Of a stretch of DNA of 64,000 bases, positions 1 to 15,104 are shown one piece after another. This stretch comes from Octopus vulgaris (taxonomy: Eukaryota): contig OX597818.1 of the NCBI GenBank assembly GCA_951406725.2, forward strand, positions 44,392,001-44,456,000, written 5' to 3'. A program made the position numbers and the translations under genes. How positions within the stretch are numbered: the first letter of the stretch is position 1; each line of letters starts with the position of its first letter. A model generated the notes under the pieces. It was not told the DNA's origin and did no database searches. It saw only the letters and a program-made list of their open reading frames with translations.

Positions 1-1618
1 TTTGAAGACATGAGAAGTTACCAATGAAGATATTATGTATAAAGAATTTAGCTAAAAATAATTTTATATTATCCAATTCTAATTTTTACTGCCTTTAATG
101 GAAACTTTGAAATGCTAAATATTTCTGCTCCACACGATGTACTGCTATATCTCAATTGTTCTTTTTATTACACTGACTTTTGCCAATGTGAATTATGATT
201 AATTTCCTTGATTTCTAATAATTGTATTTCTGTATATTATTTCAATTTGATATCAGGTTTTACTTTATCTAATTTCCATTCAAAGTATATAGTAAGCAGA
301 TCAATGAATAACTAGCCCTTGGGACAAAAGATTTCATGCCTTGCCTATAAAAAAATCAGCATATTTATCCCAAAATGTAACTAATGTAAATTTATTATCC
401 TGACTGAGAGCAATGGACTTATCAATACGATATCATATTTATTTTGAACTTTTGCATAGTGCCAAAAATTTGTGGAGGAAGTGTAGGTGTAATTGTAGCA
501 ATCCAGTACATTGCTGATATTCATTTTATCAAAGGAAAATTCAACTCTGGCTAGAGTTCAACTCAAACACAACAGGGCTGTAACTAAAGAGTGCAAGCAG
601 TTTAATCTATTACCACTTTTTTCTGCTTTTCATCACCATTGATAGTATATAATAATAGATAATACTTAAATGCAAAAACCATGTAGATGCTGGCTATACA
701 TTAATATACAAGTGTATATGTGTGCATGTGTGGTAACGAAATTATTCTGTTTTTAATTTTTTTTCTCTCAATAGATTTTTGGAGTGTATGTGTGCTCCAT
801 AATGGCAACCATGATATATGCTTATATGGTATTCTTATGCAGATTAACAATGATTTGTTCTTAAGTCATACCACAATCAGTGCCATGCATTTGAATATCT
901 TCCCATTATGATGGCACTTATATACAAAAGTGGTTTTATTGGTTTATCTATTTTTTCCCATGTGAGGGAGAGAAGCAAATGAATATTTCGTTTTTTCTCA
1001 AATAATTAAAAAATTATGCCTAATTCTTTTCAGTTTCCTTTTATTTAATATTTCACATTTTTCACTTATATCTATAAAAAGTTTATTTCTGCCTGTTTGT
1101 TCCTCATTAGAATAAAGCAATAGAGAGCCAATTCATTATGTTATTTTCAAGTAGTATATTCAAATTGTCTTTATTAAAAATTAAGTTTAAAGAGAATAAG
1201 AGAGGTAAAGTTACCATATTTTTCAGGAAAACGAAAGTGAAATGAATAATTGTAAATTATTCAATTCATGTTTACCTGCTAAGATCACAATAGTCAGTTA
1301 AAGTTTAAATTTAGATTGTGCAGAAATTATTCCACTTTTAACCTTTCTTTTAGTGTCAAACATTTTGGAGTATTTGTGTATCCTACGATGGTGAGTTGGA
1401 TACAAAATCTCATGGTATTCCTCTGTAGATTTATGATGGCTTGTCACTCCCACACACCATGACTAACTTTAGAGATTTGAATATCTTCTAATTTCAGTGA
1501 CTGTTTGAGTTTTATATTTTCTCTCTTTTCATAAAAGCAGTTTATTGATTGGATTATTCAGTTTTTTCATGTAAAACATGTATAAAGTAATCAACAAACC
1601 ACTTTTATATTCACACAC

Positions 1619-1661
<43 letters not shown>

Positions 1662-1769
1662 CCGGAGTAAACACATAAATGTGAAACAAGGTGGAAAAAA
1701 GAGTACTCAAATACCAGTGGTAGAGTAATATGCTTTATTCAAAAGCAGCAGTGCTGCTTTTGAATAAAG
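1662..1769. mobile_element. Short insert in (TA)n ending in a perfect 18-bp-arm palindrome
   Basis: ctttattcaaaagcagca-g-tgctgcttttgaataaag at 1733-1769, with (TA)n on both sides of the insert. Confidence 0.5.
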
Positions 1770-1771
1770 TG

Positions 1772-1839
<68 letters not shown>

Positions 1840-4679
1840 TATATACACACACACTCATACGTATATTATATATATATATATACACACACACATGTAATAT
1901 ATATATGTGTGTGTGTGTGTGAGAGAGAGAGAAAGAGCAAGGGATTGTTGATAAATATTTGTGGCAACAAAAATATCTGGTGGTATCTATCCAATATGGC
2001 TTGCAACTCTTTAGCTCTTTAGTAAATAGTAATTGATTAAATAAATACCAGATAATGTACTGGGGTTGAAGTAATTGATTACAGTCTTTGCAAGGCTGCA
2101 GTTAAAGAAGATTGAAACTAGTAAAAAAATTCAGTGTTTAAAAAAATCAATTTGAAAAAGATACAGAGAACAGTAAGTTCCTGCTCACTGCAATGAATTC
2201 ATTAAAAGTAAACTAAAAATGAAATGTTATCTGGTTATTGCATTTACAGTTATGGTTCCCTTTACCAAGTACACGATTGGTATATCAAACACTTGGTAAT
2301 TATAGAAAATGGAATTGGCTTATAAAGTATATTAAGATGCAGCAGTAGCAACAATAAAAAGCATTTCTTTGTTCATCCATAAATTTTAGTAATCAAAAAT
2401 ATAGCTAATTAGAATTAGTTAGATAAAATTAGACCATTGACATTTATGATAGTAATTATGTTAGAAGAGATATATTTCTAAGAGATCCAAACTTTTTTCA
2501 CCTGTTCAATAATACTAAGCCAGTTATATAAAAGCAAATTTCCCTAAATTTGATATTAACCCTTTTCTATGAGGAAAGGTGATGATAAGGAATCAGTATA
2601 CTCAACTGACAAGAAATGAAGCAAATATGAATGATAAATGATGTAATGCTCATGTTTCAAAGAAATATGAATGTTATACAGATTGTAGTGTTAGAATTAA
2701 CTGAAGCTTAGAATAGAGTAAGTTAGAAATTTCACAGCAAAAATAACAAATGTTTTTTATCTGTTTGTACTATTTCACAATGGCCTCCGCAATCTCTTTG
2801 AAATGAAAAAAAAAGTATAGAAAAAAAAAGAAAAACACAAACACTCAAAGTCAACAACAAACAAACGATAAAGAATATCCAAGCAAAAGATATGAATTAC
2901 AAAAATAGGACAGACTAAAAACTTTAGTAAATTATTTAAATTGGAGTTAGTTAAAAAGTAAATCCAATTGAAAGGTAATCTCAACTGGTAAGTAGAAAAT
3001 TATTAGAAATTGATAAAGATGGTACCCAGATAGCAATAAATCAGGAAATTTGCTGACTTGTGGGTGCCATGTTTGCTAGTTTGTAAATATTTTACCATAA
3101 TCTATGACAAAATTTTGTGCTTAGCAGATGAGATTGTCATGAAATTTTTGATAAGTTGTTGCTAAAAGTTTACTTTCAACAAAACTTATATTTTTAACTG
3201 ACACTTAAAAGTTTAGCTGCTGCTTTTTTAAAAGTGGATTTGTGTATAGGAAGAGGTACAGCCTCTTCTATAACCCATGAGCCTTGCAAAACTTCCTAAA
3301 GCTGTGAGGTCAATGAAGTTAACATTACTCTTGAACATTTGCAAGTTGATGGCTGCAGGAAAACTTTCTTCAGATAAAGCACTTCAGAGGCCCAATGTTC
3401 TTGGAAAGAGGAGCAATGCATAGTAATTAGTATAGGGTTTAGGAGGTAGTGCACACAATGAGGGCATGGAGAGGATAAGAGAGTTGGGACTGGCATGAGA
3501 CATTATAGATTTGAGAGTAAGATAGATGTCTTTCATGCAAGATTCCTGAAGGGATGAAAGGCAAAGTTGACCTTAGCAAGATTTGAACTCAGATAGTAAA
3601 AAGTAGTTGGTAGTTGGAAGAGTTTGGAGACAGATAAGATCAGCAGATATATTTAGAGGAGTGCGGAGGCAGAGTGTGACTCAGAGTAACTGGAAGTCTT
3701 TATTGTTTGTATTCAAGGAAAATGGTTGGGGGAGGGGAATCAACATATGTGCAGACATCATCTTTGAGGGTAAAGTTTTATTATAGAGAATAACATGGCT
3801 AGCAGAGGTAAGGGGAAAGAGATTTTTGCAAAATAGTTGGTATGGATTGTATGGGGTCTAAGTTGAACTGGAGTCAATAAATATTAGTAAAGGGTTAATT
3901 TTAGGTAACCTATGTAGCTAGTGTCAGTATTCTGTTGGGGTCATGATAATTCTCCTGCCAGCTGAATATTTGCAACTGAGGGTATCAATGGATCAGGAAG
4001 TGGTATTAAACTGGGTGAAATGATGTGTTTCCTTCCACCCTAAGTAAGTAAGAGGGTATCATAATAAAACAAAAGGGAAGCATTTACATTGCTGTTTTCC
4101 TTTCAAATCTCACCTTATTCATGGCTGAAATTGATCAGACCTATTGATCATAGGTCTGCTCAACATAGCTGACCTGGTACTAAACAACAAAAACTAGTGT
4201 TATAAAAGAACAGAGTCAATTATACACTAGCATCAATACTTATTGATGCCCAACTAGAATTTAACAAATATTGCTCCCATTTCATTCCCTTTTACAAAGT
4301 TAAACTAGCTATGGAAAAAAATGCACAAAACAAAACAAAACCAAAATTATTGGTACCATTCTACAACCAGACCAAAATCCTGTTTTAGTAAATAGAACTG
4401 GTTGGTCATTTTTAGTTTGGTAAAATTTAAAGAATTTTCACTTTTGCATTGATTATTATTTCTGGTATTGCATTAAAATATTTAACGTCTGTCCCAGCAA
4501 AAATTTTCTAAAACTGAATGAATTACAGCGTCAACTCACAGCATTTAAACATTTTTTATATTTTTTTCAAAAGTCTGGTTACCTGGTTTACATGGCATAT
4601 AAGTGACTAAGGTAACAGCATTCCCCCTGAATGGGATGCTGGTCCATTGCTGAGTTTAAGGCCAGGCTAGAGGACAAGT

Positions 4680-4845
4680 TAATTACATTAACCTCAGTAT
4701 TTGATTGGTACTTCATTTTATCCACCCTGAAGGGGTGAAAGGCAAGTTGACCTTAGCAAGATTTGAACTCAGAATGTAAAATGCCAGAAGAAATTATGCT
4801 AAGCATTTTGTCTGATGTGCTAATTATTCTATCAGCTCACTACTT
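4680..4845 (-). mobile_element. Decayed SINE family B
   Basis: gaaaggcaagttgaccttagcaagatttgaactcaga; similar remnants at about 470-620, 3545-3600 and 5715-5850. Confidence 0.65.
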
Positions 4846-7800
4846 TAATTCATAGTATTAGGTAGATGACAGTCACTTGTGCCTATGAATGGGACACTGA
4901 TGATTGTATATTCAAAAACTGATATCTAATTTCCTGTAAACTAGACTTTTGTGAATTAGTAATCAAGGAAGAAAGACTCAGTTTGTAGATTGTATACTGG
5001 ATTAGAAGTAAGGAAAATTTTGTGATGTTAGTGTAGTTAATGTTTATGTTTTTCAAGTGTTGAAATTAGTAATGAACAAGAATTTATTTTACAGAGAAAA
5101 GAAGCAAGTAGATTTAAATACATAGAAAACGTTTTCATTATACTTTGGCCAAAATCTGACAGCTTATACTTTCAGAGAGAAGTTTTTGTAATGAAATAAC
5201 AACTCAAAACTGATTCCTTATATTTTAACAAAAGATCAACAAGTGATTAACCAAAGCTTGAATCTGTAAGGTGGAATTATAATGGGTTGGCAATATTTCA
5301 GCTCCTTAAGAACAGGTGGATGTATGTGTCAAGGTAAGGAAATGAAAGACTAAATGAACAGAAAAATTCCTAAACTAACTAAAGAAGGAAAAAAAAAAGG
5401 CTTCCTGTTTGTTGGAAATGTAAAAAAAAAAAGACCTTCAATAAAGAAAAAAGAACAAACCTATTTGTTAACCGAAAAAAAGTTGAAATATTTCACTTGT
5501 TTAGAAAGATTATTTTTGGAAACTAAATCGTTACAACTTGAACAAATATAACTATTTCTTGATTAAACACACCCCACTAAACAAGTCTGATACAAAAGCA
5601 AAAAGCAATAACTGATTCTATCATAGAAGATGAAACAATGCATTACTATTTATTAAATGAATAAAATAGGGATCCTTTATATGCATAAACACGTTATCAT
5701 ATCTTAATATTCTATAGAGGTGCCGGAATGGTAGAAATGCTAGACAGCCAGGCTTGTGGTATGTCATGTGATATCTATGTTCTTCTCCATTCTGAATTTG
5801 AAATTTACCTAAGTTGGACTACATTTTTATCATTCTAGGATTAATATGTACCAAGAATATTGATCCTAGAATATCTAGGTACATATTGATATGTACCTAG
5901 ATTCAGTTGACTCTCTTCTTAACATAACAATATAAGATATCTTAATATTCCATAAGATTATTCAATGACACTGCGTCGTATCATACAATCTCTAATAAAA
6001 CAGGTTATAACTGCAATATCAAATTGTATTCTATTCAAGTATTTGGAGGTGATGAATTTAATAAAACTACTGAAGTTAACTGGATATCATATTATGAATG
6101 ACGCGGGTGGGGAAGAATAGCTTCAATAATTCTCAGTAATTATTTAGGGAATAAGTTGAGAATCTCCACAGTGCTTGATTCTTTTATCCTTGCTGCTGTT
6201 AATATGAAATAATTTGAAGAACACAGAAAAATTGGCTCTGCTTACTCAAGAAACAAAAGTGAATTATTGTCACAATGTTTAGTTGATTAACACTTTATAA
6301 AAAACTCTAGTATAATTATATATTAAATGACATGTATGTGCAAGGTTACAGTAGCTCTAGTTATTTATTCTGCTGTTCTTGTTCTTGTTGATACCTTATT
6401 AGTATGAGGTGTTTATTTATTCCAAGAATGTAAAACGCTTACTGTCTTTACTTAAAGCTTCTAGTCTTTTTTGGCGAGGATCTAAACATACTTAAATAAA
6501 AAGAAGATAAAACATTAACATATTCGTCAACATTCATAAAAATATTTTCAAATGTGTTAATTTTCAAAGTTGATATAAATGAAATAAAAAAAACTACTTC
6601 TAAATTTGTTATGAGAAAACTATTTTATAAATGAAAATATGTAAAGAGAAGAAAGTAAAATTTTACAAAGTGAAAATTCATTGAAAACAATATTTAATGC
6701 TTATTTCATCATTTCAAATTCATCTTTCTATATTATCTAGATTAACTAGTAAGAGATATATTTAAGTTTGTTAACAAAATATTGTTTTTTTAAAGCAATT
6801 TTGAATTGATTATATGAAAAAGATTTGAACAATTATAAGATACATTGGTTCATTATAGAATGCATGGAGAAGTATAACATTGCTTTTGCAATTTTGAACA
6901 AAAGACATCATAATCGTCATCATCATCATTTAACGTCCATGTTCGTTGAATTCTTTCAGATACTTTTGAGAATTTCCAACTATTAACTGGTAAGCACTTT
7001 TATTATAACAGATTACCTATATTTGAATAAGATGGCCAATTATTTCAAAAACGTAAATTTATTCACTGATATCCTGACTTGATCAACAAAAGATGTTTTC
7101 TCTATTGAGCTGTTTTTCTACTGAAGATATGAAAATATACATCTCTGCATATGATAATGAAAGGATAAACTGCATAAATAAGTGTAAAAATAGCTGTTAC
7201 CTACAAAACATTAAAGCTTAGTTAAATATGCAAGTGTATAACCAACTGGTTAGGCTTTATGATTGTAAGGATCATTTCCTGGACTGGCTAGAATGATGTG
7301 TTACTCAACTGAAAATGAACTGTGTCTACTGCAGAATGGTATCCCACAAATCATTTCTCCAGAAAATTTGTGGCAAATAAAAGATGTTAATTGGTTCTTG
7401 CTGTCTACAGCACACAGTTTCTGTGTTTTTGAATGGTTAAAAATGAGTCTTCCATGATGTAATTGCAGGCAGATCTACATAGTCGAGAAGTTTGCATGCA
7501 ACCATATAGATCCAGACTTGGTCACACTGCAAGGAACCTTGGGCAAATATCTTCAACTGTATTCTTTAGTTGAACAATGCTTTGTAAACAGAATTTGGTA
7601 AGCATAAACTCTGCAGTCCAGGTGTGCATTTGGGCATCTACCAACAGCCCTTCAACAACAACATACCATGATAAGCTCAGTGACTACTAGTAAATTCAGA
7701 CCATGACAGACAGAGGAGATGTTCTTGAAGCCGAGGATTTTAAACTCAGAGAGACAGTATTAACATATCGCCTGAGGAAACACAACTAGATCTCATAATG

Positions 7801-8523
7801 CAGGGAAACAATTGCATAATCAAGTACCTACACCTCTGGAGAACTACGTTGCATGGAAAAAATTGTAGTGATTAAAAAATAAATGTCCAACCATACCCCT
7901 TCTTGTTGACTCCAATTTTTTCAATTATATATATATTCATATACATACATACATATATATATATATACACATACACACACATATAAATTACATACATTCA
8001 TACATATATTACATATATATAATGCACACATACACATAGCAATATCTTATTTTATGCCCCCTTAGTAAATGAAACTGTTATAACAAAGCTTAACATCATC
8101 ATCATCATCATCATCCTCATTTAACGTCCACTTTCCATGCTGTCATAGGTAAGGCAGTTTGACTGGAACTGATAAACTAGAGACCTGATTTGGCATTTTT
8201 TCTACAGCTGGATGCTTTTCCTAATGCCAACCACTCTGAGAGTGTAGTGGGTGCCTTTCATTTGCCACCAGCATGGGTGCTATTTACATGATGCTGGTAA
8301 TGGCTTTGATTACAATTCTATAGGTGCCATTTACATGACTACAGTTTCCATGGGTACCACTTACATGACACTGGCAACAGCCATGACTGATGAGTCTTCT
8401 CATGTACAGCTTAACGCCAAAGCTCTCAGTTATTTGTCATTACCTCCATTGTAACTTAATAGCTAATATTAGAGGTGGGAAAATGATTTTCATTTATTCA
8501 TTATCCTGGAATGTCTTGTTTAA

Positions 8524-8738
8524 CCCTTTTGATACCAACCCAGCTGAAACCGGCTCTTGCTCTGTGGTACAAATGTCTTGTTTTCAAAAGTTTTGAATTA
8601 AAATCTTCCACCAAACCTTAGTCAATTTATGTTCCTAACACTTGCTTAATGATAAGTTATTTTACTAAATTCCTTGTTATATTTAAAGTGATTGAAAGAA
8701 ACACAGAGCATCTCAAAATAAATACAGTAACAAAAGGG
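8524..8738. mobile_element. piggyBac-like MITE, family 1
   Basis: TTAA|CCCTTTTGATAC...GTAACAAAAGGG|TTAA. A second, inverted copy lies at 46767-46986. Confidence 0.8.
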
Positions 8739-9118
8739 TTAAATCTGAAACTATGTATACAGAATCACCTTGATTTTATTAACACACACAAAAAGCAATC
8801 AGGCAGTTGCATTTGATGTACTTTTGTGTTCTGGAAACTTTGCTTATGTTACATAATGCCGTTTGTCATTTTTTAAAGTACAGTTATTTAAAAAAAAATA
8901 TTCAGTACTGTTATTCATTACATCATTAGAGACTGGAGTGAAGATAATAAAAAAACAGAAAGAGTTGATAAAGAACTACATTGTTGTTGAATCATTAAGA
9001 CTTGTACTATCAACTTCAAAATCATAACAGCTCCATCCAACAAAATAAAAAGATGCCGTGTGAAACACATATAGCACCATTTGTCACTTTTTCAAGCATT
9101 AACCAGCAAAAGTACTAA

Positions 9119-9337
9119 CCCTTTAGTGTTCAGATTATTCTATCAAACATAATGCCTATTGATTCCCATTTATTTGAATTAATCATGCATTATCTCATAT
9201 CTTCAAGATCTTGATGGTGTAATTACTTAATGTAGAATAACATTGTAGGGTAGGTGTGAGAACCTGGATCTGGTCAGTTTGAACATAAAACAGATTAACT
9301 ATTTTGGCCGGATATGGCTGGTTTAAATGCTAAAGGG
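9119..9337. mobile_element. piggyBac-like MITE, family 2
   Basis: ctaa|CCCTTTAG...CTAAAGGG|TTAA. A homologue lies at 22666-22884. Confidence 0.75.
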
Positions 9338-9361
9338 TTAAAGCTATTTAATCAGTTGACA

Positions 9362-9590
9362 CGTGGATGCACATGGCTTAGTGGTTAGGGTGTCAGCATC
9401 ATGATCATAAGATTGTGGTTTTGATTCCTGGACAGGGCGATGTGTTGTGTTCTTGAGCAAAACACTTCATTTCACACTGCTCCAGTCCACTCAGCTGGCA
9501 AAAATGAGTAACCCTGGTGTCCTATCCAGGTGGGAGATATATATACACCATGGAAACCAGTTCTATATGATTTGGGAAGGAACTTTATTT
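9362..9590 (+). mobile_element. SINE family E
   Basis: tggcttagtggttaggg...ttcttgagcaaaacacttcatttcac. Confidence 0.8.
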
Positions 9591-9914
9591 TATTTTACTA
9601 ATCAGCTGAAACAAGTAGCTGGGTATGTCACAGTTACACAAACATTACTTGCATTTTTTTTAGATGGCTTGAAAAGTTTGAGAAATTATTTTATCCTCAT
9701 AATAGAAGTAACAGGGGAATCAGCAAGTGTTAACATGATGCTGAATTGGACTATCCATGACAATAGAAGGGAAAGAGATAATAAATACCCACAGTTTCTA
9801 ATGTAGTAAAATGTGGGGTATTTACCCACTAAAACTTTTATCCCAAAGGACAAAAAAGACATCAGGATATAAAGCAGCAAAAGATCATTCCCCATTATAC
9901 ACACACATACATTA

Positions 9915-9950
<36 letters not shown>

Positions 9951-9992
9951 TGTATGTATGTATGTATGTATGTATGTATCTATCTATCTATC

Positions 9993-10041
<49 letters not shown>

Positions 10042-10100
10042 TACTTGGGAATGGATGCGCCACATTCAATTAAATAAATAAATAATATAATGTGTGTGTG

Positions 10101-10370
10101 TATATATATATAAATTAGAAAAAGAACCACCTTTTATCAATTCAATAATGAAATATTAAATTATACCATTTAGAAAAATTACATATTATAGAAAGATTAA
10201 ATATAAGGTAAAACATATAACAATGATTAATTAATGAGCAAAAAAGTAAATAAAACGTATATATTTGGTAGAATAACGACACATGTTATGTAATTTTTCT
10301 AAATGGCATAATTTAATTTTTCATTATTGAATTGATAAAAGGTGGTTCTTTTTCAAATTTATATATATAT
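10101..10370. mobile_element. Fold-back element with ~85-bp inverted arms next to (TA)n
   Basis: 10101-10185 versus 10287-10370. The spacer ends in gacacatgtt, which on the minus strand is AACATGTGTC, as in the 59.9-kb hammerhead. Confidence 0.55.
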
Positions 10371-11245
10371 TATATTTTGTGAAATTTGATTTAGTATTTC
10401 TAAATTGAATTTTTCCCTGTAAGTTTGGAATAATATTCCCCCATATCATATATATATATATGTGTGTGTGTGTATACAGGGAGAAAGACAGAAAGAGAGT
10501 GAGAGAGCGGTATGTATGCACACATACCATACATAATGATATGTCTGTATGCACATTTGCATAGTTATATGTTATGATGTGACAACTTTCCAAATTTTCT
10601 AAGTTGAAGAGTGTTCCAGCGAGTAACTTTCCAGCCAAACAACAGGATACTTTGACTATAGGCTTCTGCAATGAGGTCTGGCTTAGGACTAAACAAAAAC
10701 TAGAAAGTATTTGGAATGATCACCACTTACAGATTGACAGTTTTTTTTCTTTCCTCAGAGATCCTTAGTTTGGACCATGTCAAAACATAAATGACTGAGA
10801 GTTCCTAAGCAGTTGCTCACCCTACAAGAGATAGCAGTAAAACAACCCTCACATCACTTCCTATTGTTTTAGAGAAAAGAGAGGACACATTGGATAATGA
10901 AGTCTCCAATATGTAAAATAAAACGATATTAGTGACATAGTCACAGTCACATCCTTTATCATAGATCTGCTAAATCAAGGATGATCTGGATCTAAAGAAC
11001 AACAACTGGATCTCTCTCTCTCTCACTCACACACACACACACACACACACACATTTTTTCATCAGGGAAAGCTGACCGACTTTTTAGCTTCATTTGACAA
11101 TTCTACTGGAAGTAAGTGCTAAGATGGATCACTAGGGTTTATCTCAACATTTGCCCAATCACTTCAAGAAATTGAACTGTGATCTGTTACTGCATTAATT
11201 ATTTATTGTCACTTTAATACTCATATACTGTTCCTATATAAATGA

Positions 11246-11619
11246 CTAGCACTATGACCCAGCAACGCCGGGTCATAGTGCTAGTGCATGCATATACAGC
11301 TGCGTGCATGCGCATATACATGTGAGTACTGTCCAAATCTCCGACCAATCACATACAGCTAGCTGGCATTCAATTGGCGTATCAAGTTTCGGGCATTTTG
11401 ATTGGGTTTTGGATAGAAAATTCACAGAAAAGTCACTTCAATTGATTTTTTAATGGCTTTGTGGGGTGACTGGGGAAATGTAAAGATGAGCACGACCACC
11501 CTTGGACGGTTTTGAATGACCATAGAAAGTGCGAGCCCTCTAACTGAAAAATTGTGGATTTGTATAAAGGACACACACACACACACAGACAGACATTTTG
11601 CCGTTTATATATATAGAGA
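11246..11619 (-). mobile_element. Non-autonomous Helitron-like element
   Basis: The minus strand starts A|TCTCTATATATATAAAC and ends in a GC-rich hairpin with CTAG|T. No TSD; internal (GT)n. Confidence 0.7.
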
Positions 11620-12345
11620 TTCTACCCAATGATATTACCAAATTTACTAAACAAGATTCCATTTACATTTAACCTTCATGTCTCTTAGGTCAACTCTCTG
11701 CGCATGACACCTCCAAAGTGTTTTGAGAATTTCATCTCATTTATGAGTATCAACATACAGACATACATGTTTAAGGGAAGAAACTCAACGCTCATTCAAC
11801 ATAGATGTGAAAAATACATAGAAACACATAAATTAAACTAGTAATTCCAGCAAATGAGGATTTGGAATTTTAAAAAATGTTTCTGCAATGAAAAGTTTTC
11901 ACATAACATTCTGTCGGCACTCATGTATCAGTGAAAACAGATAAAAATATATAACTATGGTTATTTAACTATAACTGATACTTATAGTGATAACCTGAAA
12001 ACTACAGACAATGATAATGATGTGTTTGAAGATTGGTTGAGTGTAGGTATTCATTTATATGTCAGATAGTAACATGGTGACGGGACAGAGTTGTAGGTAC
12101 AGTACAAGAGGCAAGAGATACATGTCATTACTTAGTAGGTAGTTATTACAGAGAAGATAATCATTTCTTCATAATGTATGGCAGGATTAGAAATTTGTAT
12201 TTGATTGGAAGAAGTAGAATAAAAGAAATGGAAGGCAAGCAAGTAGATTTAGAGGTTGAGAAATTTTAAAGTGTTTTAAAACGAAAGACTATAGTCATTT
12301 TATTCTACGTCATGTCAAATCAGAATATCATAGTAATTAAATATT

Positions 12346-12481
12346 CTTTTCTACTCTAGGCACAAGGCCCGAAATTTTGGGGGAGTCAATTAGATCAACC
12401 TCAGTACACACCTGGTACTTAATTTATCGACCCTGAAAGAGTGGAAGGCAAAGTCGACCTCGGTGGAATCTGAGCTCAGAA
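12346..12481 (-). mobile_element. 5'-truncated SINE family B variant with 16-bp TSD
   Basis: TSD atagtaattaaatatt on both sides. Confidence 0.85.
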
Positions 12482-12643
12482 ATAGTAATTAAATATTGAC
12501 ATAAATCAATTATTGTTTTGAAAATATCCAGTTGTAGAGGTCAAATGTTCATCTGATATGAATATCACATGAAAAGTTAGAGGAAAGGTAAATATTTACA
12601 TTCAGCTGAAGTAGCTAAGATCAAAATAATAGATTCTCAAAAC

Positions 12644-13031
12644 CAGGGATTCTGAACCATTTTCTTTCCTATGGACCTCTTTGGTTACCATTTTACTTTG
12701 GAGGACCCCCAAAGCTGTTTCAATGTTTAAAATCTTGTTTTACAGATACTGCTTTCAAAATTCCTATTTTGTCTTTCCTCCATCCACTTGTGTAGGTTTG
12801 CAATAGAACTCTGAGAGAACATATTTCAGCAGCTGGAAACATGTTGAATCATGTAAAATGTGAGAGAAAGAAGCCCCATTTCTTGCGATAAATACACTTG
12901 AAACAAAACATTTTCATGGACCCCTAAAATACTATCACAGATCCCCAATTTCCTATTTTGCCTGCTTGGACCTCCAACAAAATCTTATATAGATCCTCAG
13001 GGGTCATGTGGACCCTGGTTGAGAACTTCTA
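12644..13031. mobile_element. hAT (Charlie-like) MITE
   Basis: TIRs cagggattctgaacc / ggttgagaacttcta; 8-bp TSD ctcaaaac / ctctaaac. Confidence 0.7.
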
Positions 13032-13669
13032 CTCTAAACAATTATTTTTCCTTACATCAACCAATCATAAAATATTGTGCATTTGCTTAATTTTAGTATC
13101 CTTACTTTGGTAAACACAAGTTAAGTTTCTTTTTCAAAGTTAAGGCCAGAATCATTGACTAATCCTGTTTTTACTCAAGGCAAAATTATATCTAGTTAGC
13201 TTATTAAAATTCCCTACTTTAAATATGCTAACTCTGTCTTAATTAGACATGTTTTATCCTGATAATTAATATAAATCCATGCCTATGACTGTTATGACTG
13301 ATATACATTTTCAGATATTTACATAATAAGGTTTAATGTTCATGTTCCATGTTGGCATGGGTTAGAAGGTTTGACAAGATTTGATTGGTCTAAGGACTCT
13401 GTTGTGCTCTAATGCCTACTTTGGCATGGATTCTACAGTTATATCAGAGACCCCCTTCGGTTATGAATGACCTTGGGATTGCACCTAGAAAGTTACCCTC
13501 TGAGGCACAAGACTGGACAAGGTTGTTTATGGAAGATCAGTAGTCGCCCATGCATACCAGCTTATCCTAGGCCATATTCAGGCTGATGATAATATCTAAA
13601 TAGGTATGTTCTAAAGTAAGACCGTACAAAAGCCTTGAGCAGGCTATACCCATTGAATCTGGCGGAAAC

Positions 13670-13900
13670 GGGTGGCGAGCTGGCATAAATGTTAGCGCGC
13701 TGGGCGAAATGCTTAGTGGTATTTCGTCTGTCATTACGTTCTGAGTTCAAATTCTACCGAGGTCAGCTTTGCCTTTCATCCTCTCGGGGTCGATAAATAA
13801 ATAACCAGTTTCGCACTGGGTCGATGTAATCGACTTGGTCCCTTTGTCTGTCCTTGTTTGTCCCCTCTGTGTTTGGCCCCTTGTGGGTAGTAAAGAAATA
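13670..13900 (+). mobile_element. SINE family B (tRNA-like head; core gcctttcatcctttcggggtcgataaataagtaccag)
   Basis: B-box gagttcaaattc; multiple copies; approximate TSD ta(c/t)ccattgaa. Confidence 0.88.
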
Positions 13901-15104
13901 TATATCCATTGAAATAATTATAAAAGCCAATGGTTTATTATTAATGGAGAGAAAAGAAAACCACCTATCATTTGTTGCACCTCAGTGTTGCTTTTCTTTT
14001 TGCAGAGGAGCATTTGGGAAGTGATCCAAACCAGCATATCTCATACAACAACACAGTATGTGTTGTCTAATTCTTGTTAACTAGATGTCTCTATACTTGT
14101 ACAATTTGTATAGCTCACTTGAGATGCTATCTATCTTAAGTGTTTTCATATTAAATAGTTGGTTCTGGAAAATTGAACTTCTGTTATACATGGAGTAACT
14201 GCCTCTTCAAGATGCTCTTCTCTTTATACAAGTCAAACTGCAAAGATTCATTTTTCGTTTTCTTTTTCTTTACTTCTATCATCAAACGGTACACTGAATA
14301 CTTGTCACATGCTGATGTGGGTCAGCTCGCCAAAAACAACATTATTATATATCAGTTGAGATGTCAGTGTTAAGAAAGCTATATATATATATAAATACAG
14401 GTAATATGCTAATATAATTTTTGAAGATATTTTTACAAGAGAAAAGATGCAGTCACAAATGATATCAAATTCAGTTAGTCAGCTAGTGACCTGTATATCT
14501 TTATTTGTGTATGTGAGTAATAAAAGTATAATACTAGTATAAATATTATTACTTATTTAGCTTTGCACACTCACCTGTGTGCATGTAAGAGCAAAGTACC
14601 TTTTGATGTTTGGAGTACAAATATGCAGGTAAAATTATGTGTGTATATGTGTGAGCATGGCATGTAGAATATGAATAGATAAATCATAAGTGAATATGTA
14701 TAAATGAAAATTCACAAAATCTCTGTGAAGAAAGAAGTTAAAGACAATAGTATGACTTTAAATACAAAGATTTTACAACAAAACTTTAGAACAAAACATA
14801 ACAGAAACTGAAAGACAAATACAGAGTCAAATTTCAGTTATAATGTTGTCCTAAAACATTTAATGAAAAATGAAATATTGATTATTTTGCTTGTTTATTA
14901 TTATTGAAGAATAACTATATTTAAAAAAAAAAGATCGTATTACCTGTTTTAAATAAAAACACACACACACACATACATACATATAAAATGATGCTTGCAA
15001 AATGCAAGTTCAGGTGCACATCATACACCAACATGAATACATGAATATCTTTGTGTAATCTGTTACTGAAACACTTGTAAGGATATTTAAGTAAATAAAA
15101 TAAA

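Noticed and set aside
5873-5902. Perfect 14-bp hairpin atctaggtacatat-tg-atatgtacctagat
   Set aside because: It is short and sits at the broken end of a decayed SINE, so it is most likely a repair scar.
13588-13670. CTGATGA...GAAAC spacing (similar CTGATGA hits at about 8386, 22968 and 28772)
   Set aside because: There is no stem II pairing between the boxes; these are chance matches.
14005-14056. Plus-strand acceptor (cttttctttttgcag) and a possible short exon
   Set aside because: It is isolated; I found no compatible plus-strand partner exons.
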